In this document: piece by piece, positions 1-8,925 of the stretch
Position numbering within the stretch: position 1 is the first letter of the stretch
Layout: the number at the start of each line of letters is the position of its first letter
NCBI GenBank assembly: GCA_039794045.1
Contig: JBAMLY010000008.1
Coordinates: forward strand, 1-34,489
Direction of reading: 5' to 3'
Length of the DNA stretch: 34,489 nucleotides
Source of the DNA: Candidatus Micrarchaeia archaeon
Lineage (GTDB): Archaea > Micrarchaeota > Micrarchaeia > Norongarragalinales > UBA8480
The notes under the pieces: model-generated
Database searches by the model: none
Seen by the model: the letters and a program-made list of their open reading frames with translations, nothing else
Told to the model about the DNA's origin: nothing
Made by a program: the position numbers and the translations under genes

Positions 1-51
1 GCGTCACTAATTATTGAGCGCGGGGGTGCCAGAGCCTGGAAAATGGGCAGG

Positions 52-85
52 AAAACCTTGTCCAACGCGGACGGGGTTTTGCCAA
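52..85 (+). other. 34-nt BHB intron, tRNA-Leu position 30/31
   Basis: Helix GGCA/TGCC with bulges GG|A and AA|G; intron hairpin AAACCTTGTCC...GGACGGGGTTT. Confidence 0.88.
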
Positions 86-124
86 GCTTAGAACCCTGTG
101 GCTTAGCGCCTACGAGAGTTCAAA

Positions 125-170
125 ACCAGCTTCTTTTCTTTCAAAGAAAGAAAAAAGAGGTTGGGGAAAA
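125..170 (+). other. 46-nt T-loop intron (59/60), tRNA-Leu; intron family A
   Basis: Interrupts TTCAAA|T; hairpin CCAGCTTCTTTTCTTTC...GAAAGAAAAAAGAGGTTGG; boundary may shift 1 nt within the A-run. Confidence 0.85.
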
Positions 171-220
171 TCTCTCCCCCCGCACTACTTCCTCGTATTA
201 GAGCATTTTGCTTTCTCGCC

Positions 221-1177
221 TTAACCAATTATCGCGTTAAAAAGCAGTCCGATCAACACGATTGACACGAATAGTATTCCTACAAAGATTGCTATTAGTT
301 TTGGTTTGAGAACTTTCCTTAGTATAATCATTTCCGGAAACGACAAGGCGGTTACGCTCATCATGAACGCCAACGCAGTTCCGACCGCCATTCCCTTGCT
401 CATTAAAGCCTGGACTATTGGGATTGTTCCAGCCGCATTGGAGTACAAGGGTATTCCTATCATTACCGCAATTGGCACTGCAAGAATACTGCCTTTTCCC
501 GCGATTTCAGCCAGGAAACCAACTGGAACGTAACCGTGAATGAACGCGCCAACCCCGATTGCAATAAGGACGTATAAGCTTACCTTTTTCATTATGGTTT
601 TTACTTCGTTTTTCGCAAAACCAATTCTTTCCCTCAAAGTCATTTGCTTTTCCTTGACTTCTTTCGACCTGATTTCGTAAACAAAGTCCTCGACTTCCTT
701 CTCCAAATTCATTCTGCCGATCAAAATCCCTGCTACCACGGCGACAGAAAGACCGCTTAAAATATATAAACCAGTAATTTGCCAGCCAACCAGTCCAAGA
801 AGCAATGCTATTGCGACTTCGTTAACCATCGGGGAAGAAATCAAGAACGAGAACGTTATTCCCAGCGGAACCCCGGATTCGACGAACCCGATGAACAGCG
901 GAACAGCTGAACACGAACAGAAAGGAGTCGGCACCCCGAGCAAGGCCGCCAAAACGTTTCCCGCGCCTTCCTTCTTTCCGCCGAGCCACTTTTTAACTTT
1001 TTGGGGGGTTACGTACGTTCTTATCATGCCCACCAGGAAAACCATTACCAAAAGAAGAAGAAGCACTTTCACGGAGTCGTAGACGAAAAAATTCACTGCC
1101 TCCCCTAACTGGCTGCCTGGTTCCAGCTTCAACAACTGGAAAGCAACCCAAGCCCCTAAATCCTCAAGCAAACCCAA
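221..1177 (-). CDS. ArsP/DUF318-family permease
   Basis: 318-aa multi-TM protein with TPFCSCSAVP, FLISSPMVNE, GIPLYSNAAG and ALSFPEMIIL motifs; TTG start preceded by GAGGT. Confidence 0.88.
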   Translation of the reverse strand: MGLLEDLGAWVAFQLLKLEPGSQLGEAVNFFVYDSVKVLLLLLVMVFLVGMIRTYVTPQKVKKWLGGKKEGAGNVLAALLGVPTPFCSCSAVPLFIGFVESGVPLGITFSFLISSPMVNEVAIALLLGLVGWQITGLYILSGLSVAVVAGILIGRMNLEKEVEDFVYEIRSKEVKEKQMTLRERIGFAKNEVKTIMKKVSLYVLIAIGVGAFIHGYVPVGFLAEIAGKGSILAVPIAVMIGIPLYSNAAGTIPIVQALMSKGMAVGTALAFMMSVTALSFPEMIILRKVLKPKLIAIFVGILFVSIVLIGLLFNAIIG

Positions 1178-1181
1178 GATA

Positions 1182-1393
1182 TTACCTCAACCTAATGTTT
1201 TTTGAAACGTTGGATAAACCGGAAACATTAGGAGTAGGCAAAGCCGACGCGCTCACGCTGGCATTCGAGACGATAGGCGCGCCGGCGCCGGCATTGGTTG
1301 CGACACTCGCATCCGCGCCATCCCGGACGCCCCCAGACATCCAGCAAACAATAATGCTATCAGCGCAAACGCAACTAGAATACCTTTCTTCAT
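1182..1393 (-). pseudogene. Small lipoprotein gene, apparently frameshifted
   Basis: ATG at 1393 directly follows the upstream stop and gives MKKGILVAFALIALLFAGCLG (lipobox). That frame stops at 1253. A different frame continues with a Ser/Asn/Ala-rich tail (NAS, NVS sequons) to 1182. A G5 run (1330-1334) lies at the switch. Confidence 0.55.
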
Positions 1394-1624
1394 TTACTTC
1401 AGCCACTTCTTTATTTCTTCAACTTCGGCAACGCGCCCGTATGCCTTGACTTCGCCGTTCACTGCTATCGCGGGAGTAGACATTACGCCATAGCCAACAA
1501 TCTTTCCGATATCCGTCACCTTTACTATCTCGGCGTTTACTCCAAGCTCGGCAACCGCTTTCCCCGCATTTTCCTCAAGGGTTTTGCATTTCGGACATCC
1601 AGTTCCCAGAATCTCTATTTTCAT
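1394..1624 (-). CDS. Small redox-active disulfide protein (thioredoxin-like, MTH895 family)
   Basis: 76 aa, MKIEILGTGCPKC...GVMSTPAIAVNG; typical partner of ArsP-type permeases. Confidence 0.9.
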   Translation of the reverse strand: MKIEILGTGCPKCKTLEENAGKAVAELGVNAEIVKVTDIGKIVGYGVMSTPAIAVNGEVKAYGRVAEVEEIKKWLK

Positions 1625-1686
1625 TAAAGCACCGCCAACAATTTACACTAAAACATTTAAATATTTATGTGTATCAATAAGTCAAT

Positions 1687-1992
1687 ATGAAGGAAGCAGC
1701 AAGATTTTTGAAAATGCTCGGGGACGAAACCAGGCTCGAGATACTGGAGTTCCTGCTGGACGGCGAAAAATGCGTTTGCCAGATATTCCCCAAAGTCAAG
1801 CGCGCGCAGTCCACGGTATCTATACAGTTAGGCAAGCTGGAACAAGCGGGGCTGTTGAAGTCGAGGAGGGACGGCAAGAAAGTGTTTTACGGAATAAAAG
1901 ACTTCAGGGTCTGCGACGTGTTCAAGGCAATTGGTTTCGCAAAAGGAAAGGTGCTAAAGAGATCTTGCCACATAAACAGGGATAAAGAATGA
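1687..1992 (+). CDS. ArsR/SmtB-family transcriptional regulator
   Basis: LGDETRLEIL...GEKCVCQI...QSTVSIQL..L...GLL.SRRDGKKVFY winged HTH; divergent from the permease operon. Confidence 0.9.
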   Translation: MKEAARFLKMLGDETRLEILEFLLDGEKCVCQIFPKVKRAQSTVSIQLGKLEQAGLLKSRRDGKKVFYGIKDFRVCDVFKAIGFAKGKVLKRSCHINRDKE

Positions 1993-2315
1993 AAGCTTAT
2001 GACCTGAAAGAAAAAGTTGTTTTTTCCTCAGAAAAACCCGTCAAACGCCATTTTCTCAACGCCAAGGGATTTCACGCGGCGTTAATATGCCTTAAAAACG
2101 GCGTTGAGATAAAACCCCATCCCGAGGATTACGGCGTGCTATTAACCGTTCTTGAAGGAAAAGGAGTGTTCACGGATAGTAACGGGAGCGTTCTATTAGG
2201 AAAAAACCAAAGCATTTACATCAAAAAAGGAGAAGTAAGAAGCATAAAATCGGAAGAGGACTTGGTCGTGCTCGGCATTCAAGACAGAACAAACAGAGGT
2301 CATGGAAATGGCTGA
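1989..2315 (+). CDS. Cupin-fold protein
   Basis: 108 aa with IKPHPED..VLLTVLEGKGVF cupin pattern; ATGA overlap with the ArsR gene. Confidence 0.7.
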   Translation: MKAYDLKEKVVFSSEKPVKRHFLNAKGFHAALICLKNGVEIKPHPEDYGVLLTVLEGKGVFTDSNGSVLLGKNQSIYIKKGEVRSIKSEEDLVVLGIQDRTNRGHGNG

Positions 2316-2649
2316 CGACAAAAAGTTTTTAGAATGGCATGGGATTGCAAGGGACAGGATAAAATGGAATCCAACAGTAGACAAAAACAAATGCGTGGGT
2401 TGCGGGATGTGCGCGACGGGCTGCGGCAGAAACGTATATGATTGGGACTTCAAGGAAAATAAGCCAATTGTGGCCAGGCCGAACAACTGCCTGGTCGGGT
2501 GCGTCACGTGCTCGAACACCTGCCTTTGGGATGCGATAAGCTTTCCTGGCAAGGAGGTGCTCAGGAAAATAATCATTGATAACGGCGTAGTTGCAAGGGC
2601 GAAAAAGGAACTGGACAAGAAATTGGAGGAGACTGTGGAAAAATCATAG
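2302..2649 (+). CDS. 2x[4Fe-4S] ferredoxin-family protein
   Basis: CVGCGMCATGC and CLVGCVTCSNTC..DAISFP motifs; start may be at 2308. Confidence 0.85.
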   Translation: MEMADDKKFLEWHGIARDRIKWNPTVDKNKCVGCGMCATGCGRNVYDWDFKENKPIVARPNNCLVGCVTCSNTCLWDAISFPGKEVLRKIIIDNGVVARAKKELDKKLEETVEKS

Positions 2650-2658
2650 GTGGTTGAC

Positions 2659-3840
2659 ATGGAAATTTCTGCGCCAAGAACCGCACTAAAAAGAACTAAT
2701 GGCGTTAATATGAATAATAGCTCTAGATTTTTGAGAATTTCAATCATGCTCCTATTTATTTTTTCATTTGCTAGTCAGGTTTGGGCTGCTGATGCTGGCA
2801 ATAAGACCTGCGCTTACTTTTTTTATGGGAATGGGTGCCCGCACTGCGCGAAAGTTGAGCCGTTCATAAATGAAATCGAGGCAAAATATCCAAATCTTGA
2901 AGTCCATAGATTTGAGATATACAACAACAAGTCGAATCTGGTGTTGTTCAACAAGTTCGCATACTCTTACGGGATTCCGGAAAACGAAAGTGGAGTACCG
3001 ACAATATTTATAGGAAACACTTATCTTGTAGGCGACGAACCGATAGTGAAAAAACTTGAACACGAGATAGAATCAAATATTGGTGTTGGCTGCCCGGATT
3101 TAGAAAAGATAGTGAATCCGCTTGGGGAAACCGGACCCACATCTCAGACCAAGCCGCTGGGCGAACTTTCACTCGTTACTGTCATAGGCGCAGCGCTCGT
3201 GGATTCCATAAACCCCTGTGCATTTGCAGTTCTCTTGATACTGCTTGGAACATTATTGAATACGGGTGACAAGAGCAAGGCACTTAGGGGCGGTCTTGCA
3301 TTCACTATTTCAATATACATAGTTTACTTCTTGTTCGGGTTGGGCCTATTTTCAGCCCTGCAGGTATCTGGCCTTTCATACTGGTTCTACAAGATAATAG
3401 GCGCGGTCGCGATATTATTAGGGGTATTGAACATAAAGGACTTCCTATGGTATGGGAGTGGCGGGTTTGTGATGGAAATACCCCGAAGCTGGAGGCCCAC
3501 GCTTAAGAAATTGCTCGGAACTGTAACTTCTCCTGCTGGAGCTTTCCTTATGGGCTTTGTCGTTTGCCTGTTCGAACTGCCGTGCACTGGAGGCCCGTAT
3601 ATATTCATTCTCGGACTGCTTGCGGAAAAGTCTACTATGCTGGCAACAATACCAATACTCTTATTATACAACCTATTCTTTGTTGCGCCTCTGCTCGTAA
3701 TCACGTTCTTAATGTATGGCGGATTCAGAAAAGCCGAGGAAATGAACGAATGGAAGGAGAAAAACTTGAGGAAACTCCATCTGATAGCCGGGCTGATAAT
3801 GGTTGCGCTGGGGCTCATGGTAGTTTTCAATATGGTTTGA
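2659..3840 (+). CDS. Exported thioredoxin domain fused to a DsbD/CcdA-like membrane domain
   Basis: Signal-like N-terminus, FYGNGCPHC, VPT cis-Pro motif, DSINPCAF and ELPCTGGPY membrane Cys motifs; start uncertain (2650/2659/2710). Confidence 0.85.
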   Translation: MEISAPRTALKRTNGVNMNNSSRFLRISIMLLFIFSFASQVWAADAGNKTCAYFFYGNGCPHCAKVEPFINEIEAKYPNLEVHRFEIYNNKSNLVLFNKFAYSYGIPENESGVPTIFIGNTYLVGDEPIVKKLEHEIESNIGVGCPDLEKIVNPLGETGPTSQTKPLGELSLVTVIGAALVDSINPCAFAVLLILLGTLLNTGDKSKALRGGLAFTISIYIVYFLFGLGLFSALQVSGLSYWFYKIIGAVAILLGVLNIKDFLWYGSGGFVMEIPRSWRPTLKKLLGTVTSPAGAFLMGFVVCLFELPCTGGPYIFILGLLAEKSTMLATIPILLLYNLFFVAPLLVITFLMYGGFRKAEEMNEWKEKNLRKLHLIAGLIMVALGLMVVFNMV

Positions 3841-3881
3841 TTGGTGATTTGCGATGAATAGACATATGGAGGTAGATAAAC

Positions 3882-4484
3882 ACGACAACAAAATACGTAC
3901 CGAAAGGCTGGGCGTTTGAGTTCCATGGGCATAAATGCCCGTTCATGCCCATAGGATATCGCATGGGCATGCTGGCCATGGAGCATCTTGGGGTAGGGCA
4001 CGAAAGCGATCACGGCTTTTTCGTATTCCCTGAAATTGGCGAAGGCCACCCGCAGGCGTGCATGATGGACGGGATGCAGATAGCAACCGGAGCAACATAC
4101 GGGAAATTGCTGATGGCGAAGACATTTTACGGAAAGTTGGCCGCAACGTTTTACCACCCTAAAAAGGGCGCGGTAAGGTACGCCCTCAAACCGGAGTTTG
4201 TCGATGCCATGGGGAAGTTTAAATTCTTCGCATATCGCAAAGAAGGCATTGAACCGTCCCAAATTCCAGCGAAAGTAACGGATGAAGTTATAAACTGGGT
4301 TTATGAGCAGACAGACGAGTTCATGTTCAAGGTGGAGCCGAAGCCCGATTTCAAATTCAGTCCTGTAAAGGGTTCGTTCAACAAGACAAAATGCACTGCT
4401 TGCGGTGAATACGTCTTTGACAGATACGTGAGGATGAAAGACGGGCAACCATACTGCATTCCCTGCTCAGGATATGAAAAGTAA
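3882..4484 (+). CDS. FmdE-family protein with C-terminal zinc finger; non-canonical or lost start codon
   Basis: FEFHGHKCPFMPIGYRMG, ACMMDGMQIATGATYGK, CTACGE...CIPC. The conserved FHGHxCP motif lies upstream of the first in-frame ATG (3945). ACG at 3882 follows GGAGGT. Confidence 0.75.
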   Translation, partial: TTTKYVPKGWAFEFHGHKCPFMPIGYRMGMLAMEHLGVGHESDHGFFVFPEIGEGHPQACMMDGMQIATGATYGKLLMAKTFYGKLAATFYHPKKGAVRYALKPEFVDAMGKFKFFAYRKEGIEPSQIPAKVTDEVINWVYEQTDEFMFKVEPKPDFKFSPVKGSFNKTKCTACGEYVFDRYVRMKDGQPYCIPCSGYEK

Positions 4485-4514
4485 GGAAAAACGGTGGCGG
4501 CATAGGATTGGCGG

Positions 4515-5282
4515 GTGCGCAAGATGATAGAGTACATAATTGCTGGCGTGGCTACATTTGTTTTTACAACGGTTCTGACAATCGCGGGGCTGGGCGCGGC
4601 GTTCATACTGATACCAGTGCTTCTGGCTCTGAAAGTACCGCTATTGACCGCCATGTCGATAGCCCTACTTCTTAATGCGATTTCCATGGCTCTTGCTTCA
4701 ATAAGCTATGCGAGGGAAAAGCTGGTTGTATACAAAATTGCCATACCGATGATTATTGCCGCTACCATTCTTTCGCCTCTGGGTGCAATGACTGCGGAGC
4801 ACCTGCCAAAGAACATCCTGCTATGGTTGTTTGCAGGATTCTTGGTGTTTGCAGGTTCTATGATGCTCTTTTACAAACCAAAGCAGAAGGAAATCGACGC
4901 AGATGTCGAACAGTCGCTACCGATTGGCGTGGCAACAGGCTCTGCGGCCGGATTCTTTGGAGGGTTATTGGGCGTGGGCGGCGGGAATTTCATTGTTCCG
5001 GTACTGGTATGGGAGGGCCTTGACCCGAAAAAAGCGGCAGCTACGACTGCCCTTGTAGTCGTTTTTTCCTCCTTTGCAGGCTTTCTGGGGCATGTTTCCC
5101 TTGGAAATATGGACTATACACTCTTGGGAATCTGCGTGGTTGGTTCAATCCTCGGCGCCCTGTTGGGGGCTCACCTGATGAAGAAAACGCTGAGCAGAAG
5201 CCAAGTTAAGGCGGTAATAGGGCTCATACTCTTCATGGTGGCGGCGAAAATAATCCTGGATTTGCTGACTGCGTCTGGTTAG
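4515..5282 (+). CDS. Sulfite exporter TauE/SafE (TSUP) family membrane protein
   Basis: GLGAAFILIPVL and GLLGVGGGNFIVPVL repeats, AAATT motif, about 8 TM segments. Confidence 0.88.
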   Translation: MRKMIEYIIAGVATFVFTTVLTIAGLGAAFILIPVLLALKVPLLTAMSIALLLNAISMALASISYAREKLVVYKIAIPMIIAATILSPLGAMTAEHLPKNILLWLFAGFLVFAGSMMLFYKPKQKEIDADVEQSLPIGVATGSAAGFFGGLLGVGGGNFIVPVLVWEGLDPKKAAATTALVVVFSSFAGFLGHVSLGNMDYTLLGICVVGSILGALLGAHLMKKTLSRSQVKAVIGLILFMVAAKIILDLLTASG

Positions 5283-5309
5283 TGCTCGCGAATATGAAAA
5301 AGTGAAACA

Positions 5310-5657
5310 ATGGGAATTATAGACTTGCTGCTTAGAAGGGAGGGTCACGAGTATACAAGCAACAAGTACACGCGCCCAAGCGGGTATTACCCAATCACAA
5401 TGGATGTGGGATGATACCCGAAATGTAGTACGCTGAATGAACTGGACGCAGAAAAATGCGTAAAATGCGGGTACGACTTTAATGCGGAATTGGCCAGGGC
5501 CAACAAGGTCTACTATGTTTGCCCGGCTTGCGGGTATAAGATGGACACGATAATGACTCAGTGCCCGGCGTGCGGGGCAAAATTTGTATATAACGATAAC
5601 TCTGGCGGAGTACATAGGCGGCACGATGCCAGGAAGTCTTGTACTTCTTGTTCATGA
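5310..5657 (+). pseudogene. Double zinc-ribbon protein with internal stop
   Basis: Frame from ATG 5310 reads ...MDVG*YPKC...CVKCG...CPACG...CPACG; in-frame TGA at 5412-5414 and the first Cys appears replaced by Tyr. Confidence 0.6.
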
Positions 5658-6205
5658 CTGCGTGGCTCAACGCCTTCCTCTCAGGGGAATACGTCAGAGC
5701 AGTAACTATACTGGTAGGATTGGTTGCAGTTGGGGGGCGTTCTCAGCCTGAAAGAGTACTTGACCACGAAAAGAGAATTGGTTTGCAAGGTCGGTGGCGA
5801 AGAATCGCATAAAAAACGAGCGAAATACAGAGAATAATTTCTTCCCTGCTTTCGGCAGGCATTATTGTTTCAATCATAGCGCTCGCGTTTGTAGTTAACT
5901 CGGTTGAGTTTGCGTGTTCTTCAGCAATTCCCGCGATATTCACTCAAGTACTGGCAATAAGCAACATAAGCACCATAGAGCGTTATGCGTACCTCATACT
6001 ATACGACTTTTTCTTCATGTTGGGCGACTTGATAATATTCGGCTTGGCTGGTTTGGCGGTAAGCAGCGGCATCGCACAAAAGTACGCAAAATACTGTAAA
6101 GCAATAGGGGGAGCAATAATGGTCTTTCTCGGAGTGCTGTTGTTGTTCGCCGCACCTGCTGAAGTAATCAAAACAAGGGTTTTGCGGGGGGTTCTCTTCC
6201 CCTGA
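5600..6205 (+). pseudogene. Frameshifted, 5'-truncated redoxin-associated (DsbD-like) membrane protein remnant
   Basis: Pieces in different frames: YFLFMTAWLNAF, LVCKVGGEESHKK, then VNSVEFACSSAIPAIFTQVL...YDFFFMLGDLIIF. One frameshift lies at the A6 run 5811-5816. The left boundary is approximate. Confidence 0.6.
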
Positions 6206-6247
6206 TGGTTTTAAAATAACTTCAACGCCAGTTTTAGTGGTGCGAAA

Positions 6248-6655
6248 ATGTTTTTGTTTGCGTCGCCTGAAGTGGAACTGCTTTTGAATGCCTTGATTGC
6301 AGCAGAAGTAATGGTGGTAATTTACTTGTGGTACCAGAAAGGCATTTGGCCTTTCGCGCAACAAGAAATGGAAGCGCAAGAGTTCTCTATTCAAGTCCCC
6401 CTTAAAACAGAGGATGAAAGGGAAGCCGTGGAAGACATTGTAGAATCCAAGCTAAAGGAAATAGAGGAGTTGAACGCAATTAAGGAAAACGCTGCAGAAG
6501 TGATCAAGCAAGCTAAACGCAAGTACATGAAAGGAGAAATAGGCGTGGACTCTTACCGCGCTGTAGTGAATGAAGCCGAAAAGGAAATCATTGAAGCTGA
6601 CGCGCGCCTCAACCTATTACAGGAATTTGGGTCGCAGAACAGGCGAAGGGTTTAA
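6248..6655 (+). CDS. Hypothetical protein (N-terminal TM, coiled-coil)
   Basis: 135-aa ORF with GGTG SD-like element and protein-like composition. Confidence 0.7.
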   Translation: MFLFASPEVELLLNALIAAEVMVVIYLWYQKGIWPFAQQEMEAQEFSIQVPLKTEDEREAVEDIVESKLKEIEELNAIKENAAEVIKQAKRKYMKGEIGVDSYRAVVNEAEKEIIEADARLNLLQEFGSQNRRRV

Positions 6656-6658
6656 ATA
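6644..6658 (+). promoter_or_regulatory. Probable rRNA operon promoter (BRE + TATA)
   Basis: CGAAGGG-TTTAAATA about 310 nt upstream of the 16S 5' end, followed by a structured leader. Confidence 0.55.
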
Positions 6659-7450
6659 CCTATTTTGAGATAAGTTGTGTTACACGCGACTGACTTCTCT
6701 TTGTGACGTCGCGTCGTTCTTGCCGCAACGCGTTTTACAGTCGTTTAGGGCATTCCAGCCTTTACAGTGCGCGCGCTTTGAGAAGCCTTTGCGGGTTTCT
6801 TGCAGTGCGCGGGCGTTGACGGCGTCGTGATAATCCGAGGAGACTTCAACAGGCGCTTTTGCGTCGATGACGTTCGTTTCGGGTTTGATGCAGAAGACCT
6901 TGGGAGCAAAAAAGCTGAGAGTTAGTTCTTGCGGCCCTCTACGGCCACGCGCTATCGCGCGTGAGCCTCACACCAGTCGATCCTGCTGGAGGGCACTGCT
7001 ATCGGATTGCGACTAAGACATGCAAGTTTTAAGACCGGGCTTCCGGTCTTGGCGTACGGCTGAGTAACACGTAGTCAACATACCCTAGAGATTCGAATAA
7101 CTTCGAGAAATTGAAGCGAATTCGTTATAGGCAAGGATTTCTGGAAGGAAGCCTTGCTGAAAAGGAGCCTGAATTGCAGGGAGTTCCGCTCTAGGATTGG
7201 ACTGCGTCTGATTAGGCTGTTGGCGGGGTAACGGCCCACCAAACCAATAATCAGTAGGGGCTATGGGAGTAGTAGCCTCCAGAAGGGCACTGAGACAAGG
7301 GCCCTAGCCCTATGGGGTGCAGCAGTTACGAAACTTCCGCAATGCGCGAAAGCGTGACGGGGGTAGTCCGAGTGGCATTCGAAAGAATGCCTTTTGGCCA
7401 GTCCGAATAACTGGCAGAATAAGTGGTGGGTAAAGCCTGTGCCAGCCGCC

Positions 7451-7482
7451 AGCGGCAACAACTCACGAGTTGTCGCCGGTAA
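7451..7482 (+). other. 32-nt BHB intron in 16S 530 loop (about E. coli 526/527)
   Basis: Splits GTGCCAGCCGCC|GCGGTAATAC; helix GCCG/CGGT, bulges CC|A and AA|G, hairpin GCGGCAAC...GTTGTCGC. Confidence 0.9.
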
Positions 7483-7653
7483 GCGGTAATACAGGTAGCA
7501 CGAGTGGTGTCCGCGAATATTGAGCCTAAAGCGCCCGTAGCCGGTTCGGCAAATTTCCTGTGAAATCTTCCAGCTTAACTGGGAGGCTTGCAGGAAACAC
7601 TACCGGGCTTGGGAGTGGGGGAGGTCAGGGGTACGTCAGGGGGAGCGGTTAAA

Positions 7654-7692
7654 TCACGCGCGTAGCGCGACTTGTTGCGCGCGTTGTAACAA
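7654..7692 (+). other. 39-nt BHB intron in 16S 690 loop (about 696/697)
   Basis: Splits GCGGTTAAA|TGCTTTAATCC; helix GTTA/TAAC, bulges AA|T and AA|T. Confidence 0.88.
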
Positions 7693-7774
7693 TGCTTTAA
7701 TCCTTGACGGACCACCAGTGGCGAAGGCGCCTGACCAAAACACGTCCGACGGTGAGGGACGAAGGCCAGGGGAG

Positions 7775-7806
<32 letters not shown>

Positions 7807-7888
7807 AGTAAATGATGCAGACTAGACGTTGCACTTGCTTCGAGCAAGTGCAGTGCCGTAGCGAAGGCGATTAGTCTGCCGCTTGGGG

Positions 7889-7931
<43 letters not shown>

Positions 7932-8073
7932 TACCACAAGCCGTGGATGCTGCGGTTCAATTGGATTCAACGCCGGGAAACTCACCAGGAAAGACGGCAG
8001 GATGAAGCTCAGGCTGAAGACCTTAGCCAACAAGCCGAGAAGTGTTGCATGGCCAGCGTCAGCTCGTGCCGTG

Positions 8074-8172
8074 AAAGAGCAGCTTCCTCGAATGAAGGAA
8101 AGCTTTCCAACCGCGTTAAACGCGCGGGCGTTGCTTTCAGACGAGAGTTGAATGGGAGCTGTTTTTCGGTAC
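8074..8172 (+). other. 99-nt BHB intron in 16S (about 1079/1080)
   Basis: Splits CAGCTCGTGCCGTG|AGGTGTCAGGTTAAGTCC; helix GCCG/CGGT, bulges TG|A and AC|A, long stem AAGAGCAGCTTCC/GGGAGCTGTTTTT. Confidence 0.9.
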
Positions 8173-8820
8173 AGGTGTCAGGTTAAGTCCTGCAACGAGC
8201 GAGATCCCCGTTCACAGTTGCCATCTTTGAAGTGATTCAAAGAGCACTCTGTGAAGACTGCTTGCGTTAAGCTAGAGGAAGGAGGGGGCGACGCTAGGTC
8301 AGTATGGCCCGAATTTCCTGGGCCACACGTGGCATACAATGGCGGAGACAATGGGTTCCGACGCCGAAAGGCGAAGGCAATCTCAGAAACTCCGCCTCAG
8401 TTCGGATTGGGCGCTGAAACTCGTGCCCATGAAGCTGGAATGGCTAGTAATCGCGTGTCATCATCGCGCGGTGAATATGTCCATGCTCCTTGCACACACC
8501 GCCCGTCAAGCCATCCAAGCGAGGCTTTAATGAGGCTCGGACTTAGGTTCGAGTCGAGCTAAAGCTTTGTGAGGAGGGTTAAGTCGTAACAAGGTAACCG
8601 TAGGGGAACCTGCGGTTAGATCACCTCCAATTGGTCGAAAGCGCGAACGCAGAAGTTCTGTTCTCGCGCGAAACTAGAACTAATTCGGAGAATTCCAGGA
8701 ATCAATTCCGCCTGGAAGCGCTAAAGCATCGAGCTTGCCTCGATGATTTGCAATTTCCTTGGTCTTCTGCAAAAAAACTTTTGTGGGCTCGTGGCGCAGT
8801 GGTAGCGCGCCTGCTTTGCA

Positions 8821-8903
8821 AGCAACCCTTTTCTTCGTCGCTTCGCCTTCGGGGTTCAGTTCCTCGAAAAGCGTTGACGGAAAAAGAGAATGGTTGCCGG
8901 GAA
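8821..8903 (+). other. 83-nt canonical intron of tRNA-Ala; intron family B
   Basis: BHB with helix TTTG/CGGG and closing stem GCAACC/GGTTGC; near-identical to the tRNA-Glu intron. Confidence 0.9.
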
Positions 8904-8925
8904 AGCAGGAGGTCGCGGGTTCAAA

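Larger units (their letters stand above)
20..184 (+). tRNA. tRNA-Leu(TAG) with two non-canonical introns (30/31 and 59/60)
   Basis: Acceptor GCGGGGG/CCCCCGC plus A73. After removing 52-85 and 125-170 the anticodon arm reads CAGGG-CTTAGAA-CCCTG, followed by a long variable arm and GAGAG-TTCAAAT-CTCTC. Confidence 0.92.

Noticed and set aside
3387..4448. 353-aa minus-strand ORF
   Set aside because: Antisense to the DsbD-like and FmdE genes, with no motifs of its own.
5412..5414. In-frame TGA in a Cys-rich ORF as selenocysteine or stop-codon recoding
   Set aside because: The TGA is not at a CxxC Cys position, the neighbouring Cys is also mutated, adjacent DNA is pseudogenised, and TGA ends conserved genes such as alaS at the expected place.
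6183..6191. TGCGGGGGG as the att partner of the tRNA-Leu 3' end
   Set aside because: Only 9 bp, low complexity and in inverted orientation; not a direct att repeat.
8821..8903. Family-B introns as intron-encoded box C/D guide RNAs
   Set aside because: No RTGATGA/CTGA box pair is present.
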